A stretch of DNA of 64,000 bases from Macrostomum lignano (lineage: Eukaryota), in the NCBI GenBank assembly GCA_002269645.1, contig NIVC01000042.1, forward strand, positions 62,001 through 126,000, written 5' to 3'. Positions 54,901 through 64,000 of this stretch are shown here, in pieces. Under the pieces are notes generated by a model that had not been told where the DNA came from, ran no database searches, and saw nothing but the letters and a program-made list of their open reading frames with translations. Positions within the stretch are counted from its first letter, which is position 1; every line of letters starts with the position of its first letter. The position numbers were made by a program, and so were the translations under genes.

Positions 54901-56071
54901 AAATAGCTTAAGCATGGTTAAGCCTTTAAAGAAAAATGGTTATAAGACCGCACCTAAACCGCACCTACTTTTTTAATTTCAGGGTGCGATTTTAAAATTT
55001 AGGGTGCATACGCACACTCTGCGCACAAAAAAAAACCCTGAATGAAATTTAAAAGCAATAAACAGTAAAACAACAAAGGTACAACACTTAGAAAAACAGT
55101 GCACACATTGTAACTAACAAGTAACATTTCTAAAAATTATATTTGAAGTATTAGTTACTAACTTTACCATCAAAATAAAAAAGAACAATTCAAGAACTAG
55201 TTATTATCAAACATGTTTGAAACATTTAAGTACTAAGAAACAACTGTGAACATATTATAATGAAACACAGTTTGCAAGGTTTTGGCTATAGATCCAGGCC
55301 GCAACGCGACACATGACGACGCCAGCCGCCAAGTTGCTACACTGTCATGTCAGTCGCACAACGCGACGCATGATGACACCAGGTTTCCACAGTGTCGCAC
55401 AATGCGACACTAAGAGAATCCGAAAATGTGACGGACAGTCATCCACGTTTTGTCAACTTATTCCAATAGGGGTTTATAATTGATATTTTAGTCAGTATAA
55501 ATGTTGTCTTCCTAAAAATAGCCATAGCATAGCACCAACACAACACAACACAACATCCAATCACATACATGCCCAACATCTATCCAACCCATCTAAACCA
55601 AATGGGTGAAATGGTTGCTAGCCAAGGGCAAGGTAGGCGTAAGTTGCAAGATGCAAAAATGCAAAAAATAAAAAATTGGGGGAAGAAAGAAAGAAAAGAG
55701 AGGGAAAAGAGAGAGAGGGGAAAGAGGAGAGAGAAAGAGAGAAAGAAGACAAGAAGTCATATATAAAGTGAAAATTAAGTCACAATCAGCAGGAACTAAT
55801 TTGTAAATCTCGACAAAACTAAGTTACACTGGACGGGTGAAATTTTGAGGTTAGGCAGGTATGTCCAATCAGTAGGCCAAGTTATAACTAATCAGTAGAC
55901 AGTAGGCAAAAATAACTTGCATTTAATAATTCTTACTAACTACAACTACAAGTGCATACCTGATCCATTAGGACCAATAACAGATGTGAAGTCCTTGAAA
56001 GGGCCAATAATCTGAAAACCCTTATAGGATTTAAAGTTCTCGATTTCGATTCTTTGTAGACGTCCAACCAT
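39967..56071 (-). CDS. SMC1: Structural maintenance of chromosomes protein 1 (cohesin), 1246 aa; exons 56071-55960, 50652-50432, 49844-49644, 48610-48392, 47830-47654, 47317-47015, 46436-46062, 44903-44337, 43125-42898, 42713-42440, 42043-41709, 40920-40443, 40217-39967
   Basis: ENFKSY, Walker [23 protein letters not shown], hinge ([31 protein letters not shown]), signature LSGGEKT and Walker [10 protein letters not shown]. The 13 exons sum to 3741 nt in frame. Confidence 0.97.
41015..41620. repeat. 20-bp minisatellite AAGCGACCCTGGAT(TG/CC)TAAT, SMC1 intron 11
   Basis: Direct inspection. Confidence 0.9.
43608..44160. repeat. 39-bp minisatellite containing TAGCCAATCA, SMC1 intron 8
   Basis: Direct inspection. 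Confidence 0.92.
45078..46040. repeat. 25-bp minisatellite TACTGTACAATCCAGCTAATCCCAA, SMC1 intron 7
   Basis: Direct inspection. Confidence 0.95.
46532..46964. repeat. 30-bp minisatellite CAGCTGCTAAATCTATCAGGATCTATCAGA, SMC1 intron 6
   Basis: Direct inspection. Confidence 0.95.
47865..48357. repeat. 32-bp minisatellite TGCTGCAATCAGTGAGACTCA(G/C)TCCCCAAT(GG/AA), SMC1 intron 4
   Basis: Direct inspection. Confidence 0.95.
48860..49565. repeat. ~33-35-bp minisatellite CCCCCTTCATCCCGGCGATTCCCCATTTTTTAT, SMC1 intron 3
   Basis: Direct inspection. Confidence 0.95.
49985..50362. repeat. 39-bp minisatellite GCCGCTGCTCACCCCACCACCCTCTCAGTCCTCAGCTTG, SMC1 intron 2
   Basis: Direct inspection. Confidence 0.95.
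53079..53669 (+). pseudogene. Gene 5' fragment inside the fold-back element: ATG-AG | intron 53084-53261 | exon 53262-53665 with apparent frameshift near 53390 | donor GTGAGT
   Basis: Donor GTAAGC (53084) and acceptor Yn-CTAG (53261) join ATG 53079 in frame to the 53251-53535 ORF. A second frame is open for 92 codons from 53391 and ends just past donor GTGAGT at 53666. Confidence 0.5.
54364..54735. mobile_element. 372-bp MITE, Mutator-like (innermost insertion)
   Basis: TIR core CTCCCTAAAACACGCCCC; 9-bp TSD TGTCTGAAT (54355-54363, 54736-54744). The homologous left arm has a single copy of this 9-mer and no insertion. Confidence 0.8.
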
Positions 56072-56532
56072 TTTTTGGAACAAATTCTTAAACAATATTG
56101 TACTGTTGTCTTGAACCACAAAAGCTATTTTGAGATTAAACTTTAAATACAAAACATTCTACAACATAAAAGCTATTTATCACTAAACACAGCAATTCTG
56201 AATATAGCAGAGTACTTCGTTAACTGACAAAAACTACAATGCGGCGACGAAGACGGCCTATAAGAGTCTGAGAGACAGACTTTTAGGTTCGGGCCAGCGG
56301 CGGCGTTATTAGTTTAAAATAAATCAAAAGAAGAAGAGATTTAAAATGTGGTATGTTTAGATTAACAAATTTAAAACTATTAATAGCTAAATAAAGTATT
56401 TGGCTTCGCATACTGTTCTTTTGACTCTCAAAATAAACAGGATAATTGATTACTAGAACGAATAAAAAACACGGTAAATTATGTAACGATTATTTTGCAT
56501 TCTTTGCAATAAACCCATTAGGACTACTCAAC

Positions 56533-56909
56533 CACCGGCGGGGACGAGGGATAGCATTGCTTCAGGGCGCCAAAATATTGCACTTTTAGCGCCACAATGA
56601 GGGCATGGGGTGCCAATATGAGTGCGTGCGGCGCTATAAACTGAGTGCCGGTCTATGGCGCCAGAACGAGTGCCGCGACGCCAAAATGAGTGCCTGCGGC
56701 GCTAAATTTGGTGCTTGCGAAAGGCCCAAAATGAGTAAATGCCAAGCCAAAATTCGTGTCTGCTGTCTGCGAGCCAAATGAGTGTCCACGGCGCCAAAAT
56801 GAGCTGGGGCTAACAACACCGCGATTATCATGTAGGAATATAGTGTACCGCGTCGTACAATTCTTGATTTTGTCCCCCCCCCACCATAAAATTCATTGCA
56901 ATGCCCCTG
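56533..56909. mobile_element. Possible degenerate hAT-like MITE with internal GGCGCCAAAATGAG-type repeats
   Basis: Ends CACCGGC.. and (rc) CAGGGGC..; flanks TACTCAAC / TACTCAAT (7/8 match). CACCGGCGGGGA recurs near 63974. Confidence 0.4.
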
Positions 56910-57446
56910 TACTCAATCATCGATGAACAACGAGTTCGTGTTAGACAAATGGGAATAAAGCAACCATTGAATATAATCTCATCTGGTAATAATCCTTTAT
57001 TAAGCCATTGGCACTTAAGCCAACACGTTAAAAACATTGAGACGTCATTTAAACGGGCACGGTAAATGTACGCGTGTAAAATATAAAATACTCTTTTTTT
57101 CTGTTAAAAAAATTCTAGCTGTCAACTTTCTGTACTTTACTTACACCTTAAATTGAACTGCAGGTATGGCTAAGGGTAAAATCGCAACCTCTCCGAGTTT
57201 AATTGCGCTTCTAGCTTACTACTACATACACGTGTAGTACATTTCAGTGCACTTACGGGCAATCATTATACATGGATGCTAGCGTTCATGCTTGCCCTTC
57301 ATGTGCAATATTTATTATAAACAGATTTTTTTGTAAATAAAAATTTATGCATACACGAAATATAAAAGAAAGGTACAGGAAACCTAATATCTTGCGATCA
57401 TGCTTCCAGGTCTGAAAGATTCATTCGTATCGTATAGCGAAGCTTA

Positions 57447-60400
57447 TCAACAAGCTGTCAGTCTGCATGGACGCCAGGCACTGGCGGCGTCGCTAACGCA
57501 GCCGGTCAGCTTGGCGATCACCGCGCGTACATTGAGCAGCCGGTTAGCCAAGCGGGCGGCGGGGTACACCAGAGACATGTAGCTCAGCACCAGCACAAAA
57601 CAGGGCCAACCGTCAATGCTTTCTCGATCGGGCACGGTCACTTTCACCAGAAAGTCGACCAAACCGGTGAGCAGATTGGCAACTAGAAAGTACATCAGGC
57701 CGACTACGTCCACCTGACGCAGGTGGATTGGAGCCATGCGGAAGCCGCTGAGGTTTTGCGGCTCAGTCATGAGTAGCCTATAAGCAGCCGGCGAGGAAGT
57801 AGAGCTACTTTAATGTGCATTTAAGCCATTCGTACCTTACTTTAGACGAATGAGTATTTTTAAGCCACAACTCCCATCCCAGTTTTTGGATGGGACTCCT
57901 CAAATCTCACTCCGGTTCTTGGATGGGACTCCTTAAATCCCAACCCGGTTCTTGGGTGGGACTCCTTAAATCCCAACCCGGTTCTTGGGTGGGACTCCTT
58001 AAATCCCAACCCGGTTCTTGGGTGGGACTCCATAAATCTCACTCGATCCGGTTCTTGGATGGGACTCCTTAAATCTCACTCCGGTTCTTGTATGGGACTC
58101 CTCAAATCTCACTCTGGTTCTTGATGGGACTCCTTAAATCTCACTCCGGTTCTTGGATGGGACTCCTTAAATCTCACTCCGGTTCTTGGATGGGACTCCT
58201 CAAATCTCACTCCGGTTCCTGGATGGGACTCCTCAAATCTCACTCCGGTTCTTGGATGGGACTCCTCAAATCTCACTCGGTTCTTGATGGGACTCCTTAA
58301 ATATCACTCCTGTTCCTGGATGGGACTCCTTAAATCTCAATCCGGTTCTTGGATGGGACTCCTTAAATCTCACTCCGGTTCCTGGATGGGACTCCTCAAA
58401 TCTCACTCCGGTTCTGGTTCCTACTTGAGCAGTCATTGACTTGTACACGCCCTGACTTTCTCCTCGTCAGGCATCTGCATGCATGCGTTGGGGTGGGGGC
58501 GGCTGCTAGGCTAAAGAAAACAAAAATACACATGGGAAGCTCACTTCGCCGCCATCATCAGCCAGACGTTAATATGCGCGAATGCTGAAAACGCGGCAAT
58601 CCAAGCCGCATAGCTCGGATTCAGCAGGCGCCTGGACTCCGGCAGCAGCAGCTGAGGCAGGCAGCCCAGCAGCACGCGGTACAGCAGGCAGCCGGCCAGC
58701 AGGCTCGCCACACGGCCAAGCAGCCGACGCATCGCGACTGCTTGACGTTGGGGGTCGGCGCCGAGCTCCAATTGCTTGGCGCAGGCGCCGGTCCACCGGC
58801 CCAGCTGCAGGCCCACCAGGTACAGCGTGGGGATGCCGAGCATCGAGCAGATGCCCTCCCGATTGGCGCCGAACAGGCTGGCGCGATTGTACGGCTCCAG
58901 CTGGCCAGGTGCCAGGACGTATCCGGCAATGCCGGCTGAGGCCAGCAGAGTCTCGTGACCGGCGCCAGCCAGCAGCGCGGCCAGCAGCGGAGACATCCGA
59001 TCCGGCAGGATGTACAGCTCCAGCGCTGTGCCGCCCAGCTTGGCCACGGCCAGAGTGTAGAAAGCGTTCCAGTGCACGCCGTACTCGTGCCAGGACTCCT
59101 CGTACACGGTCTGGTCTAGCGCAATGTCTATGGCAACTGAGATGGACTTGACTAAGCCGCAGAATGCCAATAGAATGAACTGGGCGCCCGCTTTCTTCAT
59201 TGCGGCAGATCTAAGGCGAGGAAGAGCTGCGTCTGATGGTTCATAGGCTGGCTACACTTTTGAAATGCTGTACAATTTTTGCGTCTTGAAATGATAAAGT
59301 CAAGCGTCTGCAGTGCGGGGTATCATCAATGTTGAATGTCAGCAGTGTGTGATGTCAGTAGTGTGGAATGTCTGTAGTGTTGAATGTCAGTAGTGTGGAA
59401 TGTCAGTAGTGTGGAATGTCAGTAGTGTGGAATGTCAGTAGTGTGGAATGTCAGTAGTGTGGAATGTCAGCAGTGCGGCCTGAGAAACCAGTCTCAGTCT
59501 GCAAACGTACGTGCAATTACAATTTTAGCAGTGTGACGCACCTGTTGACCTCAATCTTCGCTCTAGTCGCCGTCGGGCCCAGCGATCCAATGCAGACTAC
59601 AAAGCAGCCCAAACCGACGTCCATGAGCGCCGTGCCGAAGCTGTCCGCTTTGCTGAAGTCGTTTCGCCAGCACGGCTGGTCCCTGGCAAAGATGCACACG
59701 GCGGTGGACAGGTACACTATCGAGCGGTACACCGTCTGGAAATCGTTGGTAGGCGGTCGGTTGGACTGTTCGACGCTAGAAGCTTGCGTTGAAGTTGAGG
59801 GAGGCGGCTTGTCCAGCATTCCACCGCGACTGCGCCGACGCCTGAGTCGTTTGTGCAGGCAGCAGGCGGCTGAGGCGAGGCAGCAGAAGGCGTCAAATTG
59901 GAGCACGAATCTTGTGTAGAGCGCATACGGATAGTCCAACACGCAGGCCAGGAAAGGCACCACCAGGATCAAGAACTGGACCGGGTGCGCCAAACTGGAA
60001 ATGGAGCAAAAATTTTAAGGCTTTTTCTCAACTTGGAACTAAGTACGACCGGCGACATTCCACCGTTCACGGGTACTAAGCAGGTTAAAGCTACATCCCT
60101 ACCGGTCTCTAAGCCATTCGAAGCTATATCCCTACCGGTCTCTAAGCCTTTCGAAGCTACATCCCTACCGGTCTCTAAGCCATTCGAAGCTACATCCCTA
60201 CCGGTCTCTAAGCCATTCGAAGCTTATATCCCTACCGGTCTCTAAGCCATTCGAAGCTATATCCCTACCGGTCTCTAAGCCTTTCGAAGCTACATCCCTA
60301 CCGGTCTCTAAGCCATTCGAAGCTACATCCCCACCGGTCTCAAAGCAATTCGAAGCTACATCCCCACCGGTCTCTAAGCCTTTCGAAGCTACATCCCTAC

Positions 60401-60705
60401 CGGTCTCTAAGCCATTCGAAGCTACATCCCTACCAATCTCTAAGCAGGCCGCCACAATTTAGATCCCACCAACAGAAGCCGATCCCCGATTTGATCTTCT
60501 ACCTGCTCAGCTTCAGCAAACGCCAACAGCAGCTTCTGGCAGCGGCGTACTCCAGAGAATAGATGAGCAGCACAGAAGCGGTGAGGGCCGACGTGGCCAG
60601 AAAGGTCTCATAGTACAGTGACCGGGTCGGGTTCCTGTGCAGCTCGATGCTGAACGGATTTCGGGGCTCGTACTGCTCGGCGAAGAACCTCCATACGGCT
60701 TCCAT
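57447..60705 (-). CDS. PIGW: GPI inositol acyltransferase PIG-W/GWT1, 550 aa; exons 60705-60503, 59994-59542, 59210-58545, 57777-57447
   Basis: Motifs FG..LMDVGLGCFV, EYGVHWNAFYTL, ANREGICSMLG, SRRLLNPSY..W and MYFLVANLLTGLV, with multiple TM segments. Phase-2 introns join all exons in frame. Confidence 0.92.
57885..58412. repeat. 33-bp minisatellite GGGACTCCTTAAATCTCACTCCGGTTCTTGGAT, PIGW intron 3
   Basis: Direct inspection. Confidence 0.93.
59340..59472. repeat. 16-bp repeat AGTAGTGTGGAATGTC, PIGW intron 2
   Basis: Direct inspection. Confidence 0.88.
60088..60445. repeat. 33-bp minisatellite GAAGCTACATCCCTACCGGTCTCTAAGCCATTC, PIGW intron 1
   Basis: Direct inspection. Confidence 0.93.
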
Positions 60706-61129
60706 AGCCTAATGTATACACGCCTAAACCGGAGCTATTCGGGCTGAGACAAGTCCAACCTCTATGGAAAGATATATTTAATTGCATATCATATTGTTTT
60801 TAAGACTCAAATGTGATCGATCTTGGTCATAGACAAAATTTTGCCAACTTACGAGCTAAAATAGAGTGTATACGCTCATACTGGGAGCAAAAAAGACGAT
60901 TGGAACAAAGACGGATTACAATAACTAGTTGATGAGGCGCTGTTGTCAATAGAAATTTTTTTTTGATCCAGTCCAAAAAGCCTAAAAGAGCAGGGCTTCT
61001 GGATGGCCGCATCACAAGATGGCAGGCAAAAATGAAACGAAAGAGACAAAAGCGAGACCGAGTAAAGACAGACGGATAGGAGAGAAAATGGAGAAAAGAT
61101 GGAGAAAAGGCGGAAGAGAAGGGAGAGAG

Positions 61130-61335
61130 AAGGGGGCAGGAAAAGGAGAGAGTGAAGGGAGAAGGGGAGAGAGAAAGGTTTAGAGAGCGGGAAAGAGAGG
61201 GGACAGCGAAGGGAGAGAGGGAGACAGAGGGGAGAGAGGGAGAGAAAGGGGATAGGGAGAGAGGGAGAGAGGGGAGAGAGGGGAGAGAGGGAGAGAGGGG
61301 AGAGAGGGAGAGAAAGGGGATAGAGAGAGAGGGGA
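61130..61335. repeat. GA-rich low-complexity tract
   Basis: Direct inspection. Confidence 0.8.
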
Positions 61336-61876
61336 GCGAGAACAGCAAGGCTTAAAACTTGGCAAAGCAGATGTTGTCTACTCACCCAAGATCAATCAAG
61401 CGAGCCCCTAGCTCGTACTGTTGTTTGGCACAGTAAATTTGCTATGCATTAATTTTGTCAAGATATCTCAACTGAGCCAAAAAGCGTTCATATGCATGTA
61501 GTATCTACAAAAAATAGATAAAGCCAGGGCATTAAAAAAGAATTTTAGTAATGAAGCTCTTAAAGTCACCCGTACCCGATCCAGCTGAAGGTAATTGAAC
61601 TCGCTTCAAATCTGATAGCCGAAGCGAGTGATAAGCCAAGGTGGGCCGAGCAGCTTTAGTGTGCGCAATGAGTGGACGAAAATCAAAGCATAGACAGTCG
61701 CTTTTCGTAGCTCATTTCATTTGTACACGATTTCTTCTCCATTCTAATTATTTCTCAAGTTTGTGCTTACAAGTAAACTATATTTACGCTCATATTCAAC
61801 CTAATATGATGAGCTAACCATACTACTGGTTACGAGTAGAAACCTGAATGCGTCGAAATTCATGTTTATTACAGAG

Positions 61877-62414
<538 letters not shown>

Positions 62415-64000
62415 CTCGCTGCCTGCAGCTCCCACACCAGCTTTCGTGACCAAGCATGCAAGCGTTTGCCACTTCTGCTCCGAACAGAACAAATCGGCAC
62501 AGAATTCGACTGCGCATCTAAACTATAAAATCGCATGCCGAGCAGACACAGAGAACTGATAAAAGAGATACTGCAGCAGCAGCGGCAGCAGCAGCAGCAA
62601 GGAGAGACAGAGAGAGCAGCCAAGATAGCGACTGAAACAAAAAATTGGCCACTTCCTCTTCCGCTGCAATCTTCTAGTCAAACGGCAGCCGGCAATTATT
62701 TTATCTGGGCTATACGCTGTAATTAGCCTCTTCTTCCCTGCTTCCCCCTTTGCCCGCAGTCTCCTCGGTCCCCGGCTCTTTGCCTCGCTGCTCGACGGGC
62801 GGTCCTGGCGGCGGGAGGGATGAAGAGGATTCTGCTTGGATATATCGACATCTACTCGTTCTCAAACTTCTCAACCTCCCTCCCTCCCCGCTGCGCGAGC
62901 GATTTGTCAGACTCTTTGCCTTTTGCAGAGCTTCGAGCTTATCTAGCATGGAGACAGGGAGATAAACGACTCTTCAATATGTTCGCCTCCCGCATTCTTC
63001 GTGCGCACATGCAGCTTTCGTGCTCTGCTCTGCTCAAATTTTATGCATGCAACTGTCAAAAACTTCTTATATCTACTTGTTTGACAATGATCCGTGTCAA
63101 ATGGATGATCCATTAATTAGAAAAAAATAGAAGTTTTGCTAATTCCGAAAATTTGCATGCAACAAGTTGATGACCTAGGTGCATGGCATACAGGGGCCAT
63201 GGCATCTCAGAGTCATGTCAACGCCTCATGTCAACGGACGCTGTGCGGGAGCATGACTTGTGAGCTGCAGCATTTAAACATGTGCAGTCAAGTGAAACTC
63301 TCAGCATCTCCTACCCCTCATCTGTCCGTTTCCGCTATAATATCAGAGGCATTTTCATTTAAGATGGCTATACACAAAATCTTAATTGTGGGTTATCATT
63401 TTCGTGAGAAAATAAATGGTTTCTGATGACATTGTATAGCCTATAGAATTGAAAAACGAACAGGAGTGTTGAATATACTGCGCCACAGACGGTCAGTGGA
63501 GCAGAGAGTGAGGCTGTGCATATCTGCATTCTGCATGCTCTGCATCGCATATGGCTTCCAGCTGTGTGACAGTTCTGCCCATGTCTTTTGTCAAAGTGTT
63601 TTTAGCTTGCAAGAGCTGCTGCTGCACTCATAACTGTTAAAGAACTGCTACTACAGATCAACAGAGAGTTGAAAAAATAGCTGTCACAATACACTAGCTA
63701 TATACGAGTATATTACTGTATATAGTCGTACAATGGTATTCGAAATGTTGAAATCTCTTCACTTTACTGAGCGTGGGAGCATATACTCGTATATATTTGA
63801 GCACGGTCAGCACCCGCAGCTCTCATCATTTCATCGTTCTATCGCGTAAACGCATATCAAGTATAGTTATTCAACTAATGTATATGCATTACTTAATATA
63901 ATATTGCTTTTTCGAAGCCAATGGAGATATCAATGAGTTACTTTGGAAGGGAAAATTAAATTAACCCCAACTGCACCGGCGGGGAGGGGCAGCTGACTCC

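Larger units (their letters stand above)
52174..55040. mobile_element. hAT-like non-autonomous element (second level of nest)
   Basis: TIR C(A/T)GGG-T9; 8-bp TSD AATGAAAT (52166-52173, 55041-55048); subterminal GGTGCG/CGCACC repeats. Confidence 0.8.
51892..55471. mobile_element. Non-autonomous DNA transposon (outer element of nest), superfamily unassigned
   Basis: Perfect 17-bp TIR CCCTATTGGAATAAGTT; 8-bp TSD GTTTATAA (51884-51891, 55472-55479); subterminal CGACAC motifs at both ends. Confidence 0.8.

Noticed and set aside
62420-63120. Several short ORFs with Q/C runs near the window end
   Set aside because: No coherent exon chain or family motif could be built.

Overview
This is eukaryotic (animal) genomic DNA with GC-rich exons, GT-AG introns and introns packed with minisatellites. 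That architecture resembles a free-living flatworm such as Macrostomum (inference only, no search run). Seven spliced genes were reconstructed by hand with consistent splice phases: a 5'-truncated ENTPD/CD39 apyrase (+), a LIV-1-type ZIP zinc transporter (-), an orphan 2-exon gene (-), an Iroquois homeobox gene (+), a divergent Rheb GTPase (+), cohesin SMC1 (13 exons, -) and PIGW/GWT1 (4 exons, -). Most long ORFs in the supplied track are translation artefacts of about 35 tandem arrays. The main accessory findings are: (1) a four-level nest of DNA-transposon-like elements in SMC1 intron 1, three bounded by exact target-site duplications, whose core fold-back carries an intron-containing gene fragment; (2) an intact tRNA-derived SINE with A-tail and TSD; (3) minisatellites whose units contain consensus splice signals, including a ~130-copy array of a 21-nt GTGAGT...YnYAG unit; (4) lineage-specific changes in key motifs of Rheb and the ENTPD. 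No CRISPR arrays, rRNA genes or functional tRNA genes were seen.
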